A DNA stretch of 64,000 bases from Methanobacteriota archaeon (GTDB lineage: Archaea; Thermoplasmatota; Poseidoniia; Poseidoniales; Poseidoniaceae), in NCBI GenBank assembly GCA_004195515.1, contig PSPR01000001.1, positions 14,480 through 78,479 of the forward strand, given 5' to 3'. This document shows, piece after piece, positions 29,135 through 38,086 of the stretch. Positions within the stretch are counted from its first letter, which is position 1. Each line of letters opens with the position of its first letter. Both the position numbers and the translations under genes were made by a program. Below the pieces are notes generated by a model. That model ran no database searches, was not told the origin of the DNA, and saw only the letters and a program-made list of their open reading frames with translations.

Positions 29135-30790
29135 GTGTCCCTGTCTGAAATTCGTACTAGGGTGGGTAATGTGAGACGGGGAATGCAACTCAATAAGAAG
29201 AGAATCGCTCTTCAAATTGCATTTTGGTCGGTATTATTGATTCTACTCTCAACCGTTGTTTCAAATGTAATCAATATCGGAGGCCAATATGGCCAATCCG
29301 CATATGGAACTGATTGGAACGACCTCTCAAAATTCAAGAAAGATGTTAATGACATGGGCATCGAAACCAAATCCTTGGTTTCCTCACCGTTATTATTAGC
29401 CGATATCGAAGATCCTGCAAATACGACCTTCATCATCGCAGGCGTGGAGAGGGATACCATCTCGATGCCTCAATTTTCGAGCGAAGGTTTCCTCACATTC
29501 GCTTCCGAAGATGGTTATACTCCTTCTGAGGTTCAAGCGATCAAAGAATTCGTTCAAGCTGGCGGCGATGTATTGGTATTGGATGATTTCGGTTATTCAT
29601 CTTCGATCGCCAAAGCCTTTGGCGTTGAGTTCAAAGGGGTTCAATTATTCGATGTCGTCTATGAACCCACATTGGATTATAATTACGTCTGGATGTGCGT
29701 TCAAGAATCACCTTGCGGAATGGACGGCGACGAAGTTGATCCAACTACATTGAATAATCACAGTCGTTGGAATAATTTCGATACTAGCGCTCATATCTGC
29801 AAGATGATGGATGGAAGAGAAGTATCGCAGAATAATGCTGGAGTTTGTGCTCAGCATTGGGAAAATGGAATGATTCAATACGATGCAAGTTATCAATTGC
29901 TTCTCAATAACATTACTGGGATAGATGTGATTCCAAAAGCAAAAACCGGCTTTGCGACCACAAATATTCTTGCGGTAACCTCTTCTGAAGCAACGATTGA
30001 CGTAAATGGAGATGGTGAAATTTGGGTCGGTTCCGAACAAAATTCTGAAACTCCTGATTTATGGGGCCAATTCAATCTCTCGATCGAGGTTTGTATGACT
30101 CAAGATTGTAATTTCGCCCAAGGCGGAAGGATTACGTTCATCGCCGATGGTTCAGCATTGATCAATGCACTATACGATTCAGAAGGCTATAATGCCGGTG
30201 ATTACGGAACCGCAAAGACACCTATTCCTGATAATGATAATCGTAAATGGGCTTTGGATTTCATCGCAGACTCCTTGGTCGACCCGGACCCTAATAGTGC
30301 AACACCAACTCAGGTGCCTGGAGTCTCTCCAAACGCATTGGTCATCTTTGATGAGAGTCGACACATTCAACCATCGGTTGCAAGTGAATCTTACAATAAT
30401 ATTTACTTCTTATTGGTTTACTTCACAGGTGAAGGCCTAGCGATGCTTTTGCTATTCCTAATCCTCTTCATCGTATTTGAGGCGGTTCTTCTCAAAAAGA
30501 AAGACCCAGAGCCTTGGCGCCACGTTTTCAGCATCATCTACTATGGATTTGGTGATGCTAATCGCTATACATATTATGCAAAATCGAATAAGATTAAACA
30601 GGTTTTCCTTTCAAAAGTTAGGAATCAGAACGGGCTGACTAGAGAAGAATTTGATGCATTGCCTGCCAGAGAATTACAAACGATGATCAGCGATCCTGTT
30701 TTAGTGAAATTCGTATTCGAAAACAAAAAGTATTCACTTGAACAAACCGTTGCGGTCGTTAAGAGGATCAAAGTGTGGGGACGAACCTGA
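29135..30790 (+). CDS. DUF4350-like membrane protein
   Basis: N-terminal TM, then an extracytoplasmic domain with TFIIAGVERD...EVQAIKEFVQAGGDVLVLDDFGYSSSIAKAFGV (DUF4350-like). A second TM and a ~95-aa cytoplasmic tail follow. The first codons are uncertain; the ATG at 29183 (MQLNKKRIAL...) is a safer start. Confidence 0.65.
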   Translation: MSLSEIRTRVGNVRRGMQLNKKRIALQIAFWSVLLILLSTVVSNVINIGGQYGQSAYGTDWNDLSKFKKDVNDMGIETKSLVSSPLLLADIEDPANTTFIIAGVERDTISMPQFSSEGFLTFASEDGYTPSEVQAIKEFVQAGGDVLVLDDFGYSSSIAKAFGVEFKGVQLFDVVYEPTLDYNYVWMCVQESPCGMDGDEVDPTTLNNHSRWNNFDTSAHICKMMDGREVSQNNAGVCAQHWENGMIQYDASYQLLLNNITGIDVIPKAKTGFATTNILAVTSSEATIDVNGDGEIWVGSEQNSETPDLWGQFNLSIEVCMTQDCNFAQGGRITFIADGSALINALYDSEGYNAGDYGTAKTPIPDNDNRKWALDFIADSLVDPDPNSATPTQVPGVSPNALVIFDESRHIQPSVASESYNNIYFLLVYFTGEGLAMLLLFLILFIVFEAVLLKKKDPEPWRHVFSIIYYGFGDANRYTYYAKSNKIKQVFLSKVRNQNGLTREEFDALPARELQTMISDPVLVKFVFENKKYSLEQTVAVVKRIKVWGRT

Positions 30791-30801
30791 GGTGATTATG
30801 A

Positions 30802-32055
30802 ATGTGGACACGTAAAGCATCTTTCACCTTCACCGGAGGAATCGCATTGATTCTGATCGGAATGATGATTTCGAATCATCAAATGATGATTCTAGGTTTG
30901 GCATTCATCGCATTCATCGTGGTCAACTCTTGGGTGAGTGGACACGGAGATGTCGAGGTTCAACGGACTTTATCGGCAGATAACCTGTATAAAGGCGATG
31001 ACCTCTATGTCGAATTATTGGTTACAAATCGTAGTCGAAGAAAAACTCAACAGCTTGAGGTTTACGATAACATTCCTCACGAGATGAAATTGCGAAGTGG
31101 TCTTAACCAAATGCATCTCAATCTCGGGCCTGGCGAAAGTGCGAGGATCCGCTATGTTTTGCGATGCCCACTTCGAGGTCATTATTCACTTGGGCCGGTA
31201 TCTCTGCGCTATAGGAATACATTCAATCTCTCGGTTGAAGAAATGTATGTCGACCACCATTCCGACATGATTATTTTCCCACAGATTAGAGATGTCGAAG
31301 AAGCATTCGTCCGAAGCCGCTCCGCAAAAATGTATACTGGTGCAACAACTCTTCGTACACCTGGCCCTGGAACAGAATTCTACAGTTTGCGAGAATATGT
31401 CCCCGGTGACCCGTTCAAGAATATCAATTGGAAAGCATATGCTCGTACCGGCGATTTGATGATCAATGAAAAATGTCGAGATGCGGTTACTGATTTGTAT
31501 ATTATTCTCGATAGTAGAGACATTACTAGAATCGGTACTGTTCTCAAAAATCCACTCGAGTTGGGAACTGTTGCAGCAGCTAGTCTCGCAAGTTTCTTCA
31601 TCAAACGCCGTGATTCGGTTTCCTTAACCATCTATGACGAGAAATTATCTTTCTTGCCACCTGATACCGGTGATAAACAATATTTCAAAATTCTAAGTTC
31701 ACTCGCAGGTGTTGCACCGCGTGGAACTATGCCTCTTCAAGCGGTAACAAATAGCCTATCCGCTCGTTTCAGTCGCGGTAGCCCAGTATTCATCATCACA
31801 TCTTGTGAGGGTGATGGAACTGTGCCATCGGCAGTTCGTGACCTAGTGGGAAGAGGTCACGATGTAACCGTTCTCTCTCCATCATCGATCGATTTCGAAC
31901 GCTTGGTTAGTCGTATTCCTAGAATGTCCTATGAGGTATTAAAACTCGAACGACAAAACAGACTTACATCCTTGGCTGGTTTCGGCGGCCAAGTCATTGA
32001 TTGGATGCCGGATATGGACCTCAGCCAAGCATTATTGCAGGTCAGAGGATTTTGA
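30802..32055 (+). CDS. DUF58 domain protein (vWA-like)
   Basis: Two N-terminal TMs and the hallmark REYVPGDPFKNINWKAYARTGDLMINE, followed by LYIILDS. Confidence 0.85.
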   Translation: MWTRKASFTFTGGIALILIGMMISNHQMMILGLAFIAFIVVNSWVSGHGDVEVQRTLSADNLYKGDDLYVELLVTNRSRRKTQQLEVYDNIPHEMKLRSGLNQMHLNLGPGESARIRYVLRCPLRGHYSLGPVSLRYRNTFNLSVEEMYVDHHSDMIIFPQIRDVEEAFVRSRSAKMYTGATTLRTPGPGTEFYSLREYVPGDPFKNINWKAYARTGDLMINEKCRDAVTDLYIILDSRDITRIGTVLKNPLELGTVAAASLASFFIKRRDSVSLTIYDEKLSFLPPDTGDKQYFKILSSLAGVAPRGTMPLQAVTNSLSARFSRGSPVFIITSCEGDGTVPSAVRDLVGRGHDVTVLSPSSIDFERLVSRIPRMSYEVLKLERQNRLTSLAGFGGQVIDWMPDMDLSQALLQVRGF

Positions 32056-32064
32056 GGTGAGAAC

Positions 32065-33222
32065 ATGGCAGGAGAGGTAGCACCACAAGCGGAAGGAGCC
32101 CGAACCCTTCATCTTCGATCATTGCGCAAGCAATGGCAAATAGTCACCCTTCAGGTTTTGGCGACCATCGCATTGGTTTGGATGTACCTGGAAGTTGTTT
32201 CCACCTATGTCGTAGGCAGTATCGACCATACTCAATTATTCGCAACTCTAGAAGCAGGTCTAGGATCTGATTTACCACTCGGCGATTGGTTAACAGGTTC
32301 AGATAATGAGGGACTCGCTCGGTTTTACGTACCAATTTTCCTTGGGATCTCTTTAGGAGGTTCGATGGCTTTACTCGCATTCCAAACGCCTCAATTCCAA
32401 CAAAAAGTCAAACTTGGATTTATTATTGGCATGATTCTACTGCTTGCGGGTAGATTCGTTATGAGTTATTTGTGGCAGCTGATGTCAGATGGTTGGAGCG
32501 TACCGGGAAACGATGTTTTGGCATTATTGGAAACACCATTATTGATGATGCTTTCATTCATTATTTTGGCCTTTTATCTCTTACCGATCATCACTGGCAT
32601 CAAAGGTATTTGGGGATTATCACGGCGAGGTGTGGCTTGGTCAATCGGTTTCACCTTGCTTTTCTTAGCGATTCACGCAATTTTGACCTTCCCATTGATC
32701 AGGACTCAATTGGGAACTTATGGCGACCAATTAGCGACGCTTGAAGTGATTGTTTCGGATCCAACAGTATTTGGTTTGGTTTCAGCCCAGCAATTTTCAC
32801 TCATCCTTATCGCTTGTTTGATGATGGCATTCCAAGAATCTGCATTCGGTGTAATTCGCCATATGGAATACGCTTACCGCTTACCAGAATCTTGTAAGAG
32901 GGACCCTGAATACGTTGCTCAAATGGATAATGTCCTCAATGGTCACCTTCGACATACCGCCGTTTTCCTAACGATGACGGTAGTTGCAACGACAATCGCG
33001 TTAGGTTTCCATTCGATTTTACTCGATTGGGTTTCTGGAATTACTGGCTCTCAATGGGCATCACAAGTCGGCGAGTCTATCGAGTTAACCTTGACTTATG
33101 GATTGGTCATCTCGGCGTTATTATTCCTGGGATTCACCGCACTTCTGCGATTCATTGTTCCCTGGCAAAGGGTTTGGGGATTGATTGAATCCTCATTGAT
33201 CAGTAATGACAATACCGATTGA
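32065..33222 (+). CDS. polytopic membrane protein, hypothetical
   Basis: 385-aa ORF with at least 8 hydrophobic segments. It starts 9 nt after the DUF58 gene on the same strand. Confidence 0.65.
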   Translation: MAGEVAPQAEGARTLHLRSLRKQWQIVTLQVLATIALVWMYLEVVSTYVVGSIDHTQLFATLEAGLGSDLPLGDWLTGSDNEGLARFYVPIFLGISLGGSMALLAFQTPQFQQKVKLGFIIGMILLLAGRFVMSYLWQLMSDGWSVPGNDVLALLETPLLMMLSFIILAFYLLPIITGIKGIWGLSRRGVAWSIGFTLLFLAIHAILTFPLIRTQLGTYGDQLATLEVIVSDPTVFGLVSAQQFSLILIACLMMAFQESAFGVIRHMEYAYRLPESCKRDPEYVAQMDNVLNGHLRHTAVFLTMTVVATTIALGFHSILLDWVSGITGSQWASQVGESIELTLTYGLVISALLFLGFTALLRFIVPWQRVWGLIESSLISNDNTD

Positions 33223-33415
33223 GGTAAACCTTTTGGATATTTCTTCCGAAGAGTTCTGTAATTACAAAAACCAATATTGGAAGCAAACAAATTCTTGCTA
33301 CCCATAGCAGACCACCATCAAGGTAATTCTGCAGGGTAATTCCAACCCAAATTGCAGCTCCAATCAATGAATAGAAAATTAATTTCTCAAGCCAAAGCGG
33401 GTAAACCTTGCCCAT
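33200..33415 (-). CDS. small two-TM membrane protein (71 aa)
   Basis: MGKVYPLWLEKLIFYSLIGAAIWVGITL...LLWVARICLLPILVFVITELF. The ATG at 33415 lies 13 nt downstream of the coiled-coil gene stop and is preceded by GAGGAGGG. The longer track ORF overlaps the upstream gene. Confidence 0.55.
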   Translation of the reverse strand: MGKVYPLWLEKLIFYSLIGAAIWVGITLQNYLDGGLLWVARICLLPILVFVITELFGRNIQKVYLNRYCHY

Positions 33416-33428
33416 CGTAAAACCCTCC

Positions 33429-36400
33429 TCAAAGATCGATGCCATCCAATGCATCTTCGAGTTCGTCCAAAGCACTTGAATCTTCAACACTCTCTAAGGT
33501 CGGTTCACTTCGGCGATCCCAACGTGCGTCCAATCTTGCCAATTCCTGTTCGAGTTCTGCTCTTTCATCCTCTGGAGAAAAGGATTTTTCTACATCTGTA
33601 GGACTCGATACAATCCCCTCATCGACAGGGGTAGTCATCTCTTGCCACTCTTCACCAACATCCGATTTTTCAACAACAACCGCGATCTCCTCATCGATTA
33701 ATTCTCCTTTGAGTTCTTCGATAATTACCTCTTCGACCGGTGGTCTCATCCCGCTGGGAATGCTCTCACGCTCATAGGGTAAAATTCCGTCACGCTTGAA
33801 ATCCCAAAGTGCGCCTTGAACCTCTCCGGCGACGAATCCACTAGCATCTAATTGGGTTAACAATTCATCCAATGCCATGGTGGTAGCCTCTAGTCTGACC
33901 GCAGAACCAGCATCTCTCATATCGGCTTCCAAGTGGATATCATCCAATGCTTGTTGAATTAATGCCCGGGTTTCTCGTGCGAGAACCGGCAATGATTCAG
34001 GTCTTCGTGTATTTGCGATCAAGGCCTTGATCTGTTCGGCTGGAGCTCCTAATTTCTCCAATTGTTCGAGCACATTTCTGATTCGCCTCAACATGGTGAT
34101 CGAGCGGTCATAATCCTCGAGTAAATTTTCAAGATCCAAAATTAGATTCGTCACGGTATCTCCTAATTGGTGTTCCAACCTTTGTTGAACCGACCAGCGG
34201 GTCAAACCTCTAACCGCTCCTGCGGTCGCTGGAACCTGCCTTTCTAACAATCCCATCACCTCATTTGAGAGGAGATTTCGAGGGGTTGATGCTACGTGGT
34301 CGACTGTGGATTGAATGACTTGTAGGGCTCTTTCTACCGCACGGTCGAGTAAGGAAACCGAGTAACCGAGCGTGCGTGCGTGCTCTAATCGTTCTAGAAT
34401 AGGGCCTAGGCCTTCGAATTGAGAACTATCCTCTAACAGGGCTTGAGCCAATGGTTCTTCGGAAAGTTTCGCTCGCAAAATCGTCGCTTCTTGGATGTCG
34501 CTCAGGGCTTCTTCATGGGCAATTGCCAATGCTTCTGCTTGAACCAATAGGTTCGATAATTCTGCTTCTGCTTGGCCACGGCGAGCACCGAGGTCGCCTA
34601 ATTCTTTGAGTGTTTGGCGGCGCTCGTCCATCAGCTCTTTCATTTCTGAATGAATCATTGCAGCTCGGTTTTCTTGAGTGGTCAGACGAGAGCGATCTTC
34701 GTGAGTTCGCTCGCGGCTGGCTTTTGCTTCGGCACCGATTTGCTTGAGACCCAATTGGGCATCATTGATTCTACTTTCGATATCAGCCAATTCTCCTTGA
34801 GCCCGACGGTGCCGGTCTCGAGTTGCCTCAACTTGTTCCTCGATCATGCGATGGCGACGTTGGTCATCATCAATTCTCGATCTAATACTCGCTAGAGTTT
34901 GAGAGTGGGAATCGATATCGCTCGAAAGTGCTGCTTCTTGACTTGCCATTTGAGAAATCTGCGCAGATAATTCTGCTCCAGCTTTAGAATCTCCAAGCGC
35001 TTTTGCTAATTCACTAGCCCTCGAAGATAATTGATGCTCCAATTCGTTGACACGTTTTGACAATCGATCCGCTCTGGCTTCAGCCGCTTCAGCAGAGGCC
35101 TGAGCAGCCGAAAGGTCGAGTTGCATTTGATCCAAATCGGAATTGGAAGATGCGATTCTCGCTTGAACATCAGCCGCTTGGCGATTCGCTTCGATCGCAT
35201 CGACCTTAGCCGCTTGTTGAGCGGTTTTTGCCGAATCGAGTGCTACGTTGGTTGAGACCAATTCATTCTTGACTTCTGCTAAGCTCGATTCTGCCTTTTC
35301 CAATTTTCGGCGTAGCCCGTCATCGATTGGAACTGCTGCTTTAGCGGCTTTTGGCAAACCTTTGGAAATAGTTGCTATCTGAATGGCAAACGAAACCTTC
35401 GCTCTATCAGATTTTAGTTGAGCTAGACCGACCTCGAATCCATAGAGGTCTTCCATCTCTTGAGAGATCAATGCTTGACGAGATTGTGAGCGAGTTCTGG
35501 TAGTTGATAATTCAGAGCTGAATCCGGCTAGGGTAAAATCCGAAACATTTCCGGACTCTGTTCCGATGATTGTACCAACAGGTAATCGGTGGAGGGCGAG
35601 GACCCGTTTTGCTTCGGTCAAATCGTTCATCGATTGGGCCAAATCATGACCTTTTGGTGCTTGAATCGCAACCGGAACACCTTTATTGAGTGCAACTCGA
35701 ATCGCTTTAGCTGATTTTCCAGCAGCTAGATGACCGGTCAACCCCTCTTCAAGAGCGGTTTTCAGCATTGACAGAACCGCATCGGTCCCTCCTCTGCCCT
35801 CACGTAAAATATGGCCATCAGACAATTTTTCTCCGCCTGCACCCATGGCGCCAACCTGGCCGTCCATCAGGGCTGAAATTTGATTTATCATCCGTCCGTG
35901 ATCTACGTCTGCTTCGGTCCAGACCGCTAAAGCGACATCTCCAGCTTCAGCCAATAATAGCGAGCCATCGCCGGTGTGTAAGGTCCAATGACCTGCACCC
36001 TCGAGTCCGAGGTCGCTTGCCATCGCCTTGCGCCCTGCTAAAGTCTGGCCGACTTGTGCGGCCAATTTATCGGATTTCGCAGGAAGGTCACCAGAGGAGT
36101 CGATCAACATCCCTTGGTCGACCGCAATTCCACCTCTAACCTCTGGTCTTTGGCTCAAATGGTCTAATACTGCCGACAAATCACGAGAAAGTAATCGCTC
36201 CAGAGATTCGCCAGACCCAAGTAAACCGCGCATATCAGCAGAATGCTCGAAGGCTTCAACGACCAATTCTGCCACTGCGCCTAATGCCTGTTGTGACCAT
36301 GAAACCGCTTTATGGCGATGTGAATCTTGTTCCAATTGTGCTAATCGCTGCTTTGCCTCTGCTCCGCACAATAATTCCTTGCCTTTTTCGGGCTCAGCCA

Positions 36401-36569
36401 ACCAACCGACAACTCGTCCGGCTCGAACGATTCGATGGCCACTTGCGGTGCTTCTTCGACCGAGGTAAGTAGAGATAGCTCCGTGTTCGAAAGGCAAAAT
36501 TGCCCCTTCGCTCAAGTCGAGTTCTTCATCGACTGGGTTTCCATATGGTAATTCAAACATTATATTCAT
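33429..36569 (-). CDS. 1046-aa Roadblock/LC7 + PATAN(DUF4388)-like + long coiled-coil protein
   Basis: Residues ~128-236 (LSAVLDHLSQRPEVRGGIAVDQGMLIDSSGDL...GDGSLLLAEAGDVALAVWTEADVDHG) are Roadblock-like. Residues ~250-335 (GTDAVLSMLKTALEEGLTGHLAAGKSAKAIRVALNKGVPVAI) are DUF4388-like. Residues ~417-705 are an uninterrupted A/E/Q/R/L-rich heptad-like helix. The C-terminal tail is acidic. Confidence 0.75.
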   Translation of the reverse strand: MNIMFELPYGNPVDEELDLSEGAILPFEHGAISTYLGRRSTASGHRIVRAGRVVGWLAEPEKGKELLCGAEAKQRLAQLEQDSHRHKAVSWSQQALGAVAELVVEAFEHSADMRGLLGSGESLERLLSRDLSAVLDHLSQRPEVRGGIAVDQGMLIDSSGDLPAKSDKLAAQVGQTLAGRKAMASDLGLEGAGHWTLHTGDGSLLLAEAGDVALAVWTEADVDHGRMINQISALMDGQVGAMGAGGEKLSDGHILREGRGGTDAVLSMLKTALEEGLTGHLAAGKSAKAIRVALNKGVPVAIQAPKGHDLAQSMNDLTEAKRVLALHRLPVGTIIGTESGNVSDFTLAGFSSELSTTRTRSQSRQALISQEMEDLYGFEVGLAQLKSDRAKVSFAIQIATISKGLPKAAKAAVPIDDGLRRKLEKAESSLAEVKNELVSTNVALDSAKTAQQAAKVDAIEANRQAADVQARIASSNSDLDQMQLDLSAAQASAEAAEARADRLSKRVNELEHQLSSRASELAKALGDSKAGAELSAQISQMASQEAALSSDIDSHSQTLASIRSRIDDDQRRHRMIEEQVEATRDRHRRAQGELADIESRINDAQLGLKQIGAEAKASRERTHEDRSRLTTQENRAAMIHSEMKELMDERRQTLKELGDLGARRGQAEAELSNLLVQAEALAIAHEEALSDIQEATILRAKLSEEPLAQALLEDSSQFEGLGPILERLEHARTLGYSVSLLDRAVERALQVIQSTVDHVASTPRNLLSNEVMGLLERQVPATAGAVRGLTRWSVQQRLEHQLGDTVTNLILDLENLLEDYDRSITMLRRIRNVLEQLEKLGAPAEQIKALIANTRRPESLPVLARETRALIQQALDDIHLEADMRDAGSAVRLEATTMALDELLTQLDASGFVAGEVQGALWDFKRDGILPYERESIPSGMRPPVEEVIIEELKGELIDEEIAVVVEKSDVGEEWQEMTTPVDEGIVSSPTDVEKSFSPEDERAELEQELARLDARWDRRSEPTLESVEDSSALDELEDALDGIDL

Positions 36570-36907
36570 CTCATCAAAGCACAGATCATGTCGGCATCAC
36601 GGTCGATGGCATGGCGCCATCGAGCGATTCTTCCACCCTTTTTTCCGGATAAAACCAGAAAAGAATCGATGTTCAATCGTGATAACATCAATTTTTCTCC
36701 ACCTTCACACCACATCTCAAGACCTTGGCCAATACCGGTGGATTGCTCCATGTCGATCAAGGTCTTGAGCAACTGGGTAGCATGTTCGACTTCAGGTACT
36801 CGATTCCTCTTTCCAACAGCTGAAACCAGGCCATCTCTTGTCGAAATGATGTATGCTTGGTCAACCCCTGTCAAAGCGGTAAATCGGGCCAGAATGCGTT
36901 GCAACAT
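36566..36907 (-). CDS. Roadblock/LC7 (MglB-like) domain protein
   Basis: 113 aa. LTGVDQAYIISTRDGLVSAVG...EMWCEGGEKLMLSRLNIDSFLVLSGKKGG fits the Roadblock alpha-beta-alpha pattern. Its stop codon overlaps the start of the downstream gene (ATGA at 36566-36569). Confidence 0.65.
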   Translation of the reverse strand: MLQRILARFTALTGVDQAYIISTRDGLVSAVGKRNRVPEVEHATQLLKTLIDMEQSTGIGQGLEMWCEGGEKLMLSRLNIDSFLVLSGKKGGRIARWRHAIDRDADMICALMR

Positions 36908-37040
36908 GCGCGCTCAGAGGGGCTCAGGTCGAATAAGGCTTCAAGAAGTTTGGGTTTAGCCAACGCCCGTAGGGCGATTTGAGCAGTAGATTCAATTCGC
37001 CAACTGAAAATGATAAAACCGGGGGAATTCATTCTTCAAC

Positions 37041-37072
37041 TCCAATTGAAAATTTAATTTTCCAATTGAAAA
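37041..37072. repeat. two exact copies of TCCAATTGAAAA spaced 20 bp apart in a divergent promoter region
   Basis: Read directly at 37041-37052 and 37061-37072, separated by TTTAATTT. Each copy contains the palindrome CAATTG. Confidence 0.6.
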
Positions 37073-37114
37073 AATCAACCAATCACATCAAGCCAAGAAC
37101 CTGCACGAAGTGCC

Positions 37115-38086
37115 ATGACCAGTCCTTTTGATGTCCCGAGTTGCGATAAATGTCGCAAACCGGCAATTCATCATCAAGTCTACAGTGGTCGGATGATGTG
37201 TGGAGTCCATTTGACCGATAGTGTTCGCAAGAAAGTTTCCAAGGCGATTCGCAAACAATTAGTGATTCCATACGGTGGTTCGATAACTATTCTTGTCGCG
37301 ATAAGCGGTGGCAAAGATTCTGCGGTTTTACTCGATAGAATTGTCGATGCTTTGGGGAAAAATAGCCGGGTTACAATCGTTGGTGGTTGTGTTGACGAGG
37401 GAATAGAGGGTTATCGAAAACCATCTCTGGAATGCGCTCGTCAATTATGCGCAGATCTCGGAGTAAGATTTGAGACGGTTTCCTATCCAGAATTGGGATT
37501 CATCGAGATGGATGAAGCGGTCAAACGTATCGAATTAACAAATGACAAAAAAACACCTTGTTCGTATTGTGGGGTTTTCCGGCGTCAAGGGGTGAATCAC
37601 CTGGCCAAGAGAGTCGGAGCTGATGTGATCGCCTTCGGTCATAACTTGGACGATATGGCTCAGACGGTTTTAATGAATTTACAAAATGGTGATGTCGATC
37701 GCACTTTGCGATTAGCCCCTCATACCGAAAATTTGATCGAAGGGATGATCCCAAGAATTGTACCATTGAGGTGGGTGCCAGAACAAGAGGTCCATCTCTT
37801 CGCATTGGAGCGCGGATTACCAATCCATCACGATGAATGTCCTCATGGTGAAGGTGCATTGAGATTTAGGCATCGAGAAATGGTCGCATTGATGGAATCC
37901 GATACTCCAGGAAGTCGCCATGGAATGTTAAGATTTGCAGATGAGATCAAATCGATTCATCAGAAATTAGACCAAAAAAGGATGGCGCCGCCCGAAGCTT
38001 GTCCGGTTTGTGGGGAGTTGTGCAGTGGTACAATTTGTAAGGCCTGCGAAATGAAGGAAAGCCTCGGCTCAAACCCTTCTTCGTAA
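37115..38086 (+). CDS. tRNA 2-thiolation PP-loop ATPase (Ncs6/Ctu1/TtuA family)
   Basis: N-terminal zinc finger CDKC...CGVH, PP-loop SGGKDS, Fe-S cysteines CSYCGVFRR and a C-terminal CPVCG...CKAC. Confidence 0.85.
   Translation: MTSPFDVPSCDKCRKPAIHHQVYSGRMMCGVHLTDSVRKKVSKAIRKQLVIPYGGSITILVAISGGKDSAVLLDRIVDALGKNSRVTIVGGCVDEGIEGYRKPSLECARQLCADLGVRFETVSYPELGFIEMDEAVKRIELTNDKKTPCSYCGVFRRQGVNHLAKRVGADVIAFGHNLDDMAQTVLMNLQNGDVDRTLRLAPHTENLIEGMIPRIVPLRWVPEQEVHLFALERGLPIHHDECPHGEGALRFRHREMVALMESDTPGSRHGMLRFADEIKSIHQKLDQKRMAPPEACPVCGELCSGTICKACEMKESLGSNPSS

Noticed and set aside
29134-29183. Exact start of the DUF4350-like gene.
   Set aside because: My hand reading of the first ~9 codons did not agree cleanly with the track translation, suggesting a 1-nt ambiguity around 29158-29162 in my reading. 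I therefore do not rely on the GTG start, and I name ATG 29183 as the safer alternative.
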